NCBI GenBank assembly: GCA_003427395.1
Contig: BFEA01000007.1
Coordinates: forward strand, 6,235,115 to 6,299,114
Direction of reading: 5' to 3'
DNA: 64,000 nucleotides
Source: Chara braunii
Lineage: Eukaryota; Plantae; Charophyceae
The position numbers and the translations under genes are program-made. Below are positions 1 through 12,079 of this stretch, one piece after another. The notes under the pieces are model-generated. The model had not been told where the DNA came from. It saw only the letters and a list, made by a program, of their open reading frames with translations, and did not search any database. Numbering within the stretch: the stretch's first letter is position 1; each line of letters opens with the position of its first letter.

Positions 1-115
1 CACGCACACACACACATACAAGCAAACGCGTGTACAATCGTGTACACATGTGCACATACACGCACACACATGTACACACACGTGCACACACGCACACACA
101 CATACACACACACCT
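1..115. repeat. Imperfect (CA)n microsatellite
   Basis: Direct reading: cacacaca runs with substitutions. Confidence 0.9.
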
Positions 116-756
116 GCAAACACCCGCACGATGATTCCGCTGTAGAAACTCCAATACTTGTCGTAAAACTGTGTCAATGTTGTATTTGCTCTTTTAGTGT
201 GCTTCTTTTTGCGGCTACAGAGGTGAAACTTATTCGATTTTGGATCCACTCATCTGAGTGTAAGAGGGGGCCAAACCGAGTCAGGAGGAGCAACATACTC
301 CGGGGGAAGAACACAACATGGAAGGAAGCATGACACCTACCTCCTCCCCAAGCAGAGACCAGTTCCAACATGCCTTTGGACCACAGTCTATGGAAGTGGA
401 AGTGTCGGAGCCCTCGATTGCCGAGAACTCATACCTATCTGCACCACCGCCACATGTAATAATGACAGATCCGCCCGGTGAAACTCGGGGGGACGTAGGG
501 GTTAAAATGTAGATTCTTAGAGAATGGCTTTCTGAACGGCTGAAAGCATTGCACACAAACCTTTCAGCAGAATTCTTAGACCAGACATATATAAACCTCT
601 TCAATTTGCTAAACGGTAGCCCGAGCCTCATTGGGTTTGGTGTATTGTGTATAACCAGTTCCAATATCCCACCCCCCCACCTCTTGATGTAGCGGCCCCC
701 TCTCTAGAGGAGCAAGACCCCTTGGCAACAGCCGGGACCCCACCCCCATCCGCCAC

Positions 757-789
<33 letters not shown>

Positions 790-1549
790 AGCCTCCGTCT
801 ACGACACCATCAACTATCACCCCCCAGAGGGAATCTCAACCCGCTTGTCCCGTGACCCCGCGCCCGTTAACCCCGTTACCCCCCTCCGCCCCCACTGCCC
901 CCCCACCGGATTCCAGTGAACAGGAGCTTCCCCGGCGCCTTCGGTTATACCATTTGATTGAAAAGGGGCTTTTTCAGGAGCCCCTTCCGTCGGCGGCAAG
1001 GGTCTTGGATATTCCTATACAGAAAAAATTGGTAAATGGGAGGTGGGCTTCTCCTTGGCGGAACATAATGATTATAGTCCGAGTCGTGAAGAGGTCACAC
1101 TACATGGGTGGCGACTACAACAGGACATGGAGGGAAACGACGGTTTCAGGCTGAAGGAAGCCAATGATTTTATTCTCGCCCATTATGAGGGTGGAGCAAA
1201 AGCCATGCTTAGAGATGGATCAGGCTCTTGCCGAATAGCGGACAACGACTTGTGCATCCTTTTCGACGAGAATAGGGAGACAGATCTGACTTTGGTGTCT
1301 CACAACACCCTGTTAGACCTGCAGGTCCAAAAAATCAAACCGAACTATGTCTGGTCGGATACAGAACTCCTCACCTGTCTGTGTTCATCCTTCGGAATAA
1401 CATCATGAACGATAACATGGCATGGGATGTGCACCCTTGGCACAAACTTTAGGACCTGAGGGTGCAGGGAAGCCCGAAAGGAGAAAATGGACTGGATTGA
1501 TGCGATGCATTGCCGAAATCGCGTCTGGCGCACTACCCTCCAAAACGGG

Positions 1550-2330
1550 GACCTAGACTTAAGATCCCTAAATGTCAATGGCTTGGCCTCTCTTAACAAA
1601 GATAAAACCCAAGCGATATGGAGCCTGCTTCGACGGGTAGGGGGACAGCGTTGGCCCAATGTGATCTGCGTCCAAGAAACGCATTTGTTGGATATGCCGG
1701 ACCACCATAGGGCCCAGAAAACAGTGTGGCCCTTCCAGGCCTACAGTTCTCATGCACCAGGGCCTGCAAATAGTCGGGACAGCAATCTGGATCCCACTGG
1801 ATTCGAGCTGGGATGTGTTATATTGGGATCAGGATAAAGAGGAAGGTCGCTGGGTTTTGATATTGGGGGCTCTTCAATTAAAAGTGGTTTGTATTCTTTC
1901 AATATATGCCCCCAATACTACGTCGTAGCGTGAAGATTTGTTTTAGAAAATCCAAGCAAAAATCCTACAGGACGTCCCGATCATCTTGGCAGGGGACTTC
2001 CATGCTACTCCCGATCGCTGGCTTGAGCGCTGCCAGGTCCACCCCTTCATGGTGCGCCAGACGGAGGAAGATGAGGCTATGGTCAATCCGCTATGCAATT
2101 CGCTCTCCCTTTTTTACTCATTCCAGGGCAAATTCCCCACGGAGCGTGTTTTCACATGCATTCGAAATAATAACCCCGCCAGACTCTCCAAATCAAGAAT
2201 CGACTTGATTATGATATCGGATGATATGACTAGAAGTCTAACGCTGGCGGCCACCCTTCCATCTAGTCCGTACCCGGGTCTGGACCATAGAATGTGTATG
2301 ATATCTTTGACCTTTCGGAAGAGGCCGGAC
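1550..2330 (+). pseudogene. LINE apurinic-like endonuclease domain (frameshifted)
   Basis: SLNVNGL, VICVQETH, IYAP (atatatgccccc ~1902), AGDFHA, SRIDLIMIS and LDHR motifs across ORFs 1487..1837 and 1986..2426. Confidence 0.9.
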
Positions 2331-2959
2331 CAAGGACAGGACTTTTACAAATTAAATACCTCACTGCTCCGACTCGCCTCATTTCGGCAGTACTTAACAC
2401 AAGTTTGGGCATATTGGAAAGACTGACGCTCAGAAATGGACTCGAGTATAATATGGTTCAACAACGACCTATTTTTCGTGGCCAAGAAATGCAAAGAATT
2501 TTCTCAGCAAATTGCAAATCAACGTCACCTACAGGAAATTGCCTTAATAAAGCAACTCCAAGAGCTGTAACAACGACACAGTCCACAATCAGTGGAACAA
2601 TACACACAGGCTATCCAAGACGTTAAAAATAGATTACTCCAACAGGCCCAATACCGTTGGCAAGGAGCCAGAATCCGAGGCAAACTTTCCCAGCATGCAA
2701 CCCTAAGGCACGATGGATACAAAATTCTTTGGTCTCGCCCGAGCTAGGACCAAGCCCACAATCGTGGAAGCCTTGTACGACCCGACGAGGCCAGATGATC
2801 ACCCAATCTTCACCACGGCGGGCTGTGTTAAAATCGCCCGACATTTTTTCAAAGATATTTTTGCAACCCACATACCGCTCGCTAATGAGAACACTCGCCG
2901 CCACCAGATTGAGGAATTCCTTCTGCCATTAAATAAAACCCTCTCTCGATAACAAAGGG

Positions 2960-3960
2960 AAAACCTCGAGGCACCCATAACCAAAGATGAGATTTGGACA
3001 TCATTGATGCAAATGGAAGAGGAGAAAACGCCGGGTGTGGATGGCCTACCAAAGGAGTTTTGGGAGACAATGTGGGACCACATGAGCCCATACCACATGA
3101 ACTTCTACGAGGAGGTATGACGCACGGGTAGCATGGGAGAATTGGTGGGCCACGGGGCGCTGTCCCTCCTCTATAAGAAGGGTGACAAACTGAACATACG
3201 GAACTATCGTCCGATTACCCTCCTCACTATCACATACAAGATGCTGGCTAAGGCCTTGGCTAACAGAATGATCCCCATATTACAAGGGCTAATCCACCTA
3301 TCTCAAACGGGATTCATGCAACACAGGTGGATTAATGAGAACATCTTGTTGGTCCATGAGATCATGCATCTAGCTCGACAGTCTAAGCAAAACGCGACAC
3401 TCGTGTTCATCGACTTCGAAAAAACCTATGACCATGTGGACTGGCTATTTTTGGATAAAAGTTTGGAAAAAATGAACTTTGGGCCGACGTTTCGCCGATG
3501 GGTAAGGATTTTGCACCAAAATGCCACCACGAGGATACAGATAAATGGGTCACTAGCACCCCGCATCGAATTAGAAAGATCGGTGAGGCATGGCGATCCC
3601 ATTGCACCCTTTCTCTTTCTCATCATCATGGAGGCTTTGTCTGCCAATATTTGCACCAATAAGGACGTCACCAAAATAAAGATAGTGCGGATCACTGAAA
3701 AAGTCGTCCCAGTGTGCTCACTTTTTGCAGACGACCTCACCATCCTGGGTGAAGCCACACGACACAATATGGAGGAAATAAAACAGCTAAATGGATAGAT
3801 TCACACAGGTATCTGATATGGTGGTGAATTGGGGAAGTAAAACCCAAGGATGGTGGATTCACCATCATGGGGGGTGTCCTCTTGACCCCCCCTACATACG
3901 TTGGCTTCCTCTAGAGGCCCCGATCCGCATTCTAGGTATCTTCATGTCTTCCATGGGGCG
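2960..3960 (+). pseudogene. LINE reverse transcriptase domain
   Basis: KTPGVDGLP, LLYKKGD...NYRPITLL...YKMLAK, FIDFEKTYDHV, SVRHGDPIAPFLF, LFADD, RILGI. Confidence 0.93.
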
Positions 3961-3994
3961 CCCTCCAGCTAACGATGACAGGGTCAGCGCACAA

Positions 3995-4320
3995 GCTACG
4001 AATCCCCCCCCCCTGGCGGCCAAACGCGGCGAAGTCCCCGACCGCGGCCAGCTCCGCGACCCCACGGACGCGCCACTTCGCAGACACATGGTGGTCGCTA
4101 GGGAGGGGCACAAAAAATTTGAGTGGTGGCATGGGGCGGCGCGCGCATCCCCAGCTCCACCCCCTCAAGCAAAAAAAAAAACAAAACAAACAATATATTT
4201 TTTTTTGGGGGGGGGGTGGCAGTGAGTGAAAAAAAATAAAAAAATCCGTTGATTGATTCATTGATTGATTGATTGATTGGTGTGGGGGCGGGGTCGCCCC
4301 CCCACCCCCCACACGAGCGC
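3995..4320. mobile_element. GC-rich repeat-element fragment interrupting the LINE, related to 20860-21230
   Basis: aatccccc...ggcggc...accgcggcca...ggacgcgc matches 21101-21150. ggcatggggcggcgcgcgcatccccag resembles 20935-20961. Confidence 0.5.
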
Positions 4321-4899
4321 ATACACACACTCACACACGTAGTACTGTATAATTCTATGTTCTAGCGGAAGATTCATTCGATTTTGTCTTTTTTNNNNNN
4401 NNNNNNNNNNNNNNNNNNNNNNNNNNNNNNNNNNNNNNNNNNNNNNNNNNNNNNNNNNNNNNNNNNNNNNNNNNNNNNNNNNNNNNNNNNNNNNNNNNNN
4501 NNNNNNNNNNNNNNNNNNNNNNNNNNNNNNNNNNNNNNNNNNNNNNNNNNNNNNNNNNNNNNNNNNNNNNNNNNNNNNNNNNNNNNNNNNNNNNNNNNNN
4601 NNNNNNNNNNNNNNNNNNNNNNNNNNNNNNNNNNNNNNNNNNNNNNNNNNNNNNNNNNNNNNNNNNNNNNNNNNNNNNNNNNNNNNNNNNNNNNNNNNNN
4701 NNNNNNNNNNNNNNNNNNNNNNNNNNNNNNNNNNNNNNNNNNNNNNNNNNNNNNNNNNNNNNNNNNNNNNNNNNNNNNNNNNNNNNNNNNNNNNNNNNNN
4801 NNNNNNNNNNNNNNNNNNNNNNNNNNNNNNNNNNNNNNNNNNNNNNNNNNNNNNNNNNNNNNNNNNNNNNNNNNNNNNNNNNNNNNNNNNNNNNNNNNN

Positions 4900-4970
<71 letters not shown>

Positions 4971-4994
4971 ACACACACACACACAGACACACAC
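4900..4994. repeat. (CA)n microsatellite next to the assembly gap 4395-4899
   Basis: Direct reading. Confidence 0.95.
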
Positions 4995-6322
4995 CGGAGC
5001 TTAGTCCCCGAGAAAATGAGAGGATTTAAAATAAAGAAAAAATGATTCCTTTAAGCAATATAGGCTATGGACATGAATCTCCTTGAAAAGGAGAAAGGGA
5101 CAGACTGAAGAGTTTTGTAGAATAAGGAGTAGGAATTGGATTTGGGATTTTGATCCCAGGGTTCGCAATCTGAGGGTCCGACCCTTAGAAACGAGGAGAG
5201 GATGTTGAATTGCTGTTGACATGTGTGTGTGCAGGTTTAGGCTCGTTTTACTGTTGCATTTGAAGGAAGGGGTTTACAAAAGGATCCAAACTTTCTGTTA
5301 TCACTCGATAACAGGTCGGTTTTACTGATTCAACTTTTCCCTCAGCTTGATACCTGCATCTAAAGACAAACTCTGTGTTCAGTAAAATTGCCACCTGTGG
5401 TTTGTGCCTAAATGGTCTTAATCGCTCTCAAAGGTCTTTTGAATGATGTGAGGGGGTTGGGCTTAAGAGTCTCAGGAATGATAGAGTTGTCTTACATGGT
5501 TTGTGGAAGTCAGGGACAAGTCTACGATGTGGAGGTTGACACCGTTAGTGCATGGCGTGTGAATTGTCCTGGCATGTTTTGTGCAGGTTTGTGATGTGCG
5601 TGGTTTGATTTGAACTGGAAGAGTGTGGGACACACCGCACCTGTGCAAGTGACAAGTGTTTTCACCGGTAATACCTCATACTTAATATTGTCTAATATAC
5701 AATTATCTTGTGGATGCTAAAGTGAATAGGGTTCAAGTAAAAGTAGAGGATATCTTAACGGAAAGATGCTACGATCAGAACTTCGTTTATCAAAGTTTAT
5801 TTTGCTGGGCGGTTAAGGATGTTTCTAAGACTAAGGTGAAGGTTAAGGGCCTAGTTGCTAAAAGATTCGAATAACTTAATCTTCTTACGCGTGATAGATT
5901 GCCCATACTAAAAAATCCGACCTGACTTTTGGGACGGCACGGGGAAATCAGCTCCCCGTGCCTGAACTATTAAGCAGGTCAGTTCTAGGCGTCTTACCAT
6001 GCATACCCCCTTCTGTGCTACAACGATTGAACAAACGCCCTCGGCTGACCTACCTCTACAAAGACGTGTAAAAACCTTCGCATGTGGGCCGGTAACTCGA
6101 CAGGGATACGCCTATCTAAAGGTGGTCACTGCCCATTGGGTAGAGGTAAGGTGTACCTCATGACGCCCCGACCTGTCGTGGGGCGTCGTGAGAGGTATAG
6201 CACGCGCGCATGGTCGAAGTGGTGACTGATTCTTTTCAACAACTCTGGAGAAACATCCTGCGTAACACAACCGTGAGGTTCAGCGCTTCCCAACACGATG
6301 CGTGATCACCACACGCGACAGG

Positions 6323-6342
6323 TGGCGCCGTTGTCGGGGATC
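6323..6342 (+). promoter_or_regulatory. Primer-binding site complementary to the 3' end of tRNA-Asp(GTC)
   Basis: tggcgccgttgtcggggatc lies 2 nt after the ...CA LTR end. The plant tRNA-Asp complement is TGGCGCCGTTGCCGGGGATC (1 mismatch, recalled). Confidence 0.9.
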
Positions 6343-6543
6343 TTCGGTTGCCTGTTGGGGTCCTATGTGAACGGAACTGGGTCTGGTTAATTGAAGCCCC
6401 AACAAAACGACAAACGGAAGGTAGGATAGTGTACGACTTTTATATAAATAGTAAGAGGACTACTAAGGACAATTGTCGGTCTATTGGTATGAGCATTTGT
6501 CTATGATAGTTTTCATAAGATAGGTCAAAGTACAAGTTGTAGT

Positions 6544-6911
6544 CTGCGTAGCACGGCGAACTTGTTTGCGCCCCTTCATGTTCGGGCGAACGTGTTCGCA
6601 CGAACAGCTTGCGAACATGTTCGGGCGAACATAATTTTTTTTTCGTAAGAAAAAAATAAAAAATAAAAAACTATTTTTTGGTTTTTTATTTTTAACTCAT
6701 GATTGGCTACGAATTTGACCATGACTCCAATGCAAAAGTTGCTTGTATTGTTATGTTACATAACATATATTGTTTTCATATTTTTCTGAGAACTTGTTTT
6801 TTGTTTTTTTAAATATTTTTTATGTTCGCGTTCGGAGGGTTTTGGGCGCTTGTTCGCGTTCGGGCGAACATGTCTGCATTCGCCTTCGAACGCAAACATG
6901 GTGCTACATAG
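6544..6911. mobile_element. hAT-type MITE (~370 bp) inserted in the gypsy 5' leader
   Basis: Perfect 8-bp TSD gttgtagt (6536-6543, 6912-6919). TIRs ctgcgtagcac / gtgctacatag. Subterminal cgaac/gttcg repeats. Confidence 0.9.
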
Positions 6912-7279
6912 GTTGTAGTGTATAGCCTATTGTATCTTATGAATATTAGTCTGCCTTTTATCGTTTTCCCGAAGCAATAGTTACTCCCGTATCTGGTTAG
7001 ACGGTGACATAAAGGGTAGCGACGAAGGATTGCATAGACTTTTAAGAGCAAGTCGGTAGGAATAGCAGAAGGACCCATCAACATTATAAGTTTTGACAAG
7101 TCTCGTTGAGTCTGCCTGGGAAGTGTTTCTACCACGGTATCTTTCTCTAATTGTGACGCTTTCCGCCCCGACGACAACCACGCATACTTGCGAAGCCTTC
7201 TTTCTTATGTAAAACTGCGCATCTTTGAATATAAGTATCAAAAGCTCGACATTACTTTAGGTGCCTCATCCCTTCAATC

Positions 7280-9400
7280 ATGCCGCGTGGGGAAGGAACT
7301 GGAAGGGGGAGACGTGGCCGGAAGGGGAAAGTAGCAGAGAAACCTATTGATTTGACAAGGGAAAGAGAGGAGCGAGAAGAAAGAGAGGAGGAAGAGGAGA
7401 AGTGAAAAAGAGTAAGATTGCGTCGACATCAGGAAGATCTGCGCGAACGAACGTCGTCTCCGGGGAAAATGGCTTATTACTCTTATAAGTACGAACAACA
7501 TTACGAATCTCCGCTACCACGTTTTGAGCCGCCTTCCCGTACTTATCCAATGACATACCCTTCCCCCTCTTCTTCTATGGCACGACAGCTTCAACAGTTG
7601 ACTGTTCTTCCCCAGTTACCTCGACCTGCTCTTCCACCTGTGCTGCCTAACGTGCCCGACCCTCCAATAACATCTCAAGTAGCACCTACAAATCTTAGGC
7701 TTTGTATCACCTTGAGTAGTAGGGAGATGATCTTACAAGAGAATAAGAGTATCACGATGAGTTTCAAGCCACTCCCCATCATGCCGAATAACGATGGTTG
7801 AGGTATGAAATAATTGGAATCGTGAAGAGCATTGAAACTACATAGGGGTGATCGCCTTAAGATAAGCATTTGACCCCGACATCTATATTTCCTTCTTAAT
7901 CTAAGCTAAGTATAACAGTCAAATAAGAAAAAAGTGGGGGAAACAAAGTTTAGCTGAAGTATTGGAAGAAGCTCTGAGAATATGGGGAAGGAGACAACGA
8001 GGAAGTGTCAGCAAGAATCCCTAAGAGAAGTCGGGAACCATATATTAAATAGTTATCCCGTCACCGATGCATGGAGGAAAATAATTGAGCATTGGAAAAG
8101 TTGAAGGAGGAAGTTTGCGTATTCCTATTATAACATTGGATTAGGTGACTAGGGTAACGGCGAGAGGAAATAGGAAAAGGGAGGAAGAGGATTTATATTA
8201 TGAGAGTAATAAGGTATGATACTTAGATAATATAATGACATGAAGTGCAAAAAGTGAAAACTAAAGAATGACGCTTGTCCATTTTTTGTCGAGGGATAAA
8301 GGATTTCTGGAGAAGGATAGAGTATGAAGAGATAGAATGTATGTAGCAGGGTTAAGAAAGTTAGGAATCGTAATAAGAAGCGATATGTCGTCATTGATCG
8401 AACTTACACATAGATTTTTGTGTGTGTCCCCTTTTCGTCTCTTCCTTTGTATCGCTCAGGATACCAAGAGACATTCAAGATGTCATATGTCAGACAAAGA
8501 TTTGGAGTTGAGCTACCCGTTTGTACTCGTTAGGGGCTGAAGATGTTATTACCTCGGGGCCTAAGTGAAAGGGAGGAGGAAATCGCCGCATGGTGGGGCG
8601 CCTCGATTGGGCCCGAAGCGTTTGTATGGGTAGAAATTGGACACATTCCAAACAAAGATGGTATAATAGTACGAGCAACCTTGTACCTTTCATCACGTCT
8701 GTGGAGGATGCATGGGGTGGACCTGGCAGTAGGACATAGTCAACCCCTGTCGCGATATATCTTAATTACAGGGGCAGTCCTTGAGGATAAAATTAAAGAG
8801 GCGAGTTGGGGAGAATTTCGGTCGATCCTACCAATGATAGAAGCTAGATGGGCTTCAGACTTTGTATATCCCACTGACTATATAGAGGCTACTCTTCCGG
8901 ACTTCATCATTAGGCTGCGTGAATGTGGAACAGGCAGCCTTGACAACCCTAGCCATTCCTCAGAGAGGATGCAAATTTTTCACACCTCAGACTTTTTATT
9001 GCCTGTATTTGGAAATGAGACCGGATCTGGTTAACAGGGGTTTTGAGGAATTTTTTTCAACGGTGGACGCTTATGTCCGCATTCATTTTATGGAGTCAAG
9101 GTAGACGTATTGGGAAAAGCTTAAGGCTGAGCCAAAAATCAAGACTTGCATTGACGTATCCCTATAATGTTCAGAATGGTGTATGACTCTTCGACGGGAG
9201 ATTGGATGTCCACTGAAGAAGTTGGAAGGGTGGGATGGTAAAGGTATCCAAGTTTACTTAGACAAAAGGTTAGATTCAGTCCCGTTTTGGTCAAGTGACA
9301 GAGAGGTCGGCTCGGATATTTAAGCATGATAAGGTTATTGATTAGAGCATGTGAACTAAGGAAACTAGTAGGTGCCAGTTGATAGGAAGTCATGAAGAAT
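7280..9400 (+). pseudogene. Decayed extra coding region between PBS and gag, function unknown
   Basis: ORF remnants 7418..7801 (Pro-rich) and 8543..9034 (163 aa, globular-looking). Lies 5' of the gag ATG at 9581. Confidence 0.45.
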
Positions 9401-9580
9401 AAGAAGGACTATGAGTGAAAAAGGGGGTTGGATGGTATATTGGGGAAAGTGAGAAAGCCTAGGTTTAAAACCTAAAAAGGGAGAAGAGTAAGACAACAAA
9501 GAATAACCTAAAAACACATTGTTTTTTTTGCATGTGCAAAATAGATTGACTAAGGACTGTGGGAAGAATCGGAGACGCAA

Positions 9581-11960
9581 ATGGGACCAAAGGACAACGG
9601 TCCATAACCGCTGCCGAGATCGTGCGATTATTAGATAATAGGAATGTCAAGAGACCTCAACTACCCAGGAAAGAGATTTTTCCCTCCAAAGGAGAGCGAG
9701 TGTCGCACTGACTTTAATTACTGGAATAAGTCTTCAATCGACTGACGCCAGCAAAAAAATTCGCTCAACTGTTTGAGTATGTGTGATGGGAGTTCCGCCC
9801 CGAAATCGAAAAGATTGTGACCGATGCCAGGGAAACTGAAACAATTTAAAAAAGGAGATGCACAGGAAGTATAAGTTGGGAGATGGATTATTAACGATTG
9901 ACCAGCTCCACAACGTCAACCGGAATGACTTCAATACAATGGGGGCATTTGCAACAACCTTTGAAAAGATGGCAAAACGCGTTTCGGGGCTTTTCGAGGA
10001 AATGCAGTGTGTAATATTTTGGGGGAAATTCTCGGGCTATGAGACTATGGAACTGATCCATGGAGGAACACCTGAGAGAAAAACGTCATGGGAGACAATA
10101 AAAAGAAACTTTGCATCTGGTGACTTGGACCAGGTATTACACCATCAAGTAAAGATGGAAAGGAAGAGAAGGAAGGAGGTAGGTGTCATCCAAGGAGCAG
10201 AGTCAACTCTAGAAGGAATGATAACCAGTATGGTAACGCAACTAAAAGAATTAAAGGATAAAGTGGAGTCAGGAAAGGTGATGGTAGTTGGACAAGCAAC
10301 AAACAAAAGGAGGTATGGAAAGGAAGATGAAGGAGATAAAGAAGGGAAGAAATCCGAACCGATAGTACAATATAAGAAAACTCAAAAGCAAAACCAAAAC
10401 CAGACATCGAGGAAACAAGGGGTTGAAAAGAGGCATAACTCGCAGCAACCGGTGGTACCGAGTGCTCTGGGAGTGCCAACTCTGGCGTCCCAATTTGGAC
10501 CATGGCCGGCCGTGGCTCCTATGGGGGTTTGGTCTGGATATTTCTCCGGGAATCAATGGCCGAGTCTTGGGAAGGTAGGGATATACCCGAATTTGTCCCA
10601 AATGCAAGAAGCTAGGGCAGACCCATCACAAGGCCAAGGGGCGGATCCGAGTCAGACACAACACGCTCTGCCACCACAGGGTAATCAAGGGCAACATCAG
10701 TTCAAAGGGCAAGGACACGGACTGGGGCATGAAAGAGGTAGGAATGGAGGGCGAGGAAATGGTTAAGGAGGAAGAGGATTCAGAGGAAGAGGAAACGGCG
10801 GACAAGGAGGAAATTGGAGCAATCAAGGAGGAGCTCAATCTGGAAATTACAATCAGGTGAGTTCCAATAAGATTGGACAATAATACAATCAAGGTTATGG
10901 TCAAGGTTATGGTCAGAGCTATAACAAAAACTATGGTAGGGGTTTTTGTAGGAATGTTGGACAATGGAGTGGTCAAGGGTCTGGAAGGGGGTGGATAGAT
11001 TACAGTGAGTGCATATGTACGCATTGTATGATAAAAGGGCATATAGTGAAAAAACGTCATGTTTGAAGGATGGATGAGGAGGATGGGGTAACCACATCAA
11101 GCATAGATGAAGATATATTCGGTAAACGAGGAAGGTTGATTGACCCGAATATCCCCGGGGGTACAAGGAAGGAAGCACTCGGGGTTGCGGGGCTTAAACC
11201 GAGTGCCCCAGCCATGTTTCGTATATGGCAAGAGAAAGAAGACCCGATTGTTTTTGGTGAAAAAAGTTGGCGAGCTGAGTGACCAGCTACGAAAGGGAGT
11301 GAGGATAAATGAGGCAGGAAAAAATGTCCCCCTTGATTGAAATGGAACCTGAGGAAGACAAAGTAAGTAGAGAATCAGCAAGAGAAACCATAGGAAGGAT
11401 GGAGGACATGATATATAAGATGAATGATTAAACATAAAAATGACTAGTATTTGCGATGAAGTGAAAGATCTAGAAATGAGAATCCCACACGTGTTCACTA
11501 TGAGTCAGGAAAAAGAGAATGATGAGTTGAGAGCACCCAACCCCGAGGCTCTGAGAGCAACTCTGGCTGCTGGGTCAGATGCAGCCTACCAAACTCTTCG
11601 AAATTTTGTTCCTCATACTGCCCAAAAGCCTAAAGGAGGAAGTGCGTCCAAGGAACCAGCTCAGGCTCCTTTGCCGCCTAAGGGTGAGGCCTCTATTGAT
11701 ATAGAAGAAGATGAGGAATATCAAGATGGATTACTCAGGGGAGAAGACGACAAACGCGCCGAACAGATAGCCAAGAAACGTAAGTAGGATATTGAGGAAG
11801 GAAAGGAAAAGACTGGGGAGAAGTCAAAGGAAAAGTGGAGATACCAGACGTCAATTGAAGAAGGAGTGGATCTGGAAAATTTAGTAAACAAACTCCTTGA
11901 GGGACATAACGCGTTGTTGAATATGAAGGTGATTTTGGCAATAACACAAAAACTCAAAGA
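9581..11960 (+). pseudogene. gag: gypsy gag (decayed)
   Basis: ORF 9858..10766 with a Gly/Gln-rich tail, degenerate zinc knuckle CTHCMIKGHIVKKR at ~11016-11057, and ORF remnants to 11960. Confidence 0.8.
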
Positions 11961-12079
11961 ATTAGCAAAAGCAAAATTGGCACGGAAGAGGGTAGCGACG
12001 GTACGATTGTGAGATTAAATTCCCAAGGAAACAAATTGGACAATTGTTGGAAGCAAGATGGACTGAAAGTCTGTAGGGA

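Larger units (their letters stand above)
318..3980 (+). mobile_element. Decayed non-LTR retrotransposon (LINE, L1/Tx1 type), 3' part interrupted
   Basis: APE endonuclease motifs followed by non-LTR RT motifs, broken by stops and frameshifts. Replaced by a GC-rich repeat near 3980-4000. The 5' boundary is approximate. Confidence 0.9.

Noticed and set aside
4258-5004. Long ORFs spanning Ns and (CA)n
   Set aside because: Artefacts of the gap and the microsatellite.
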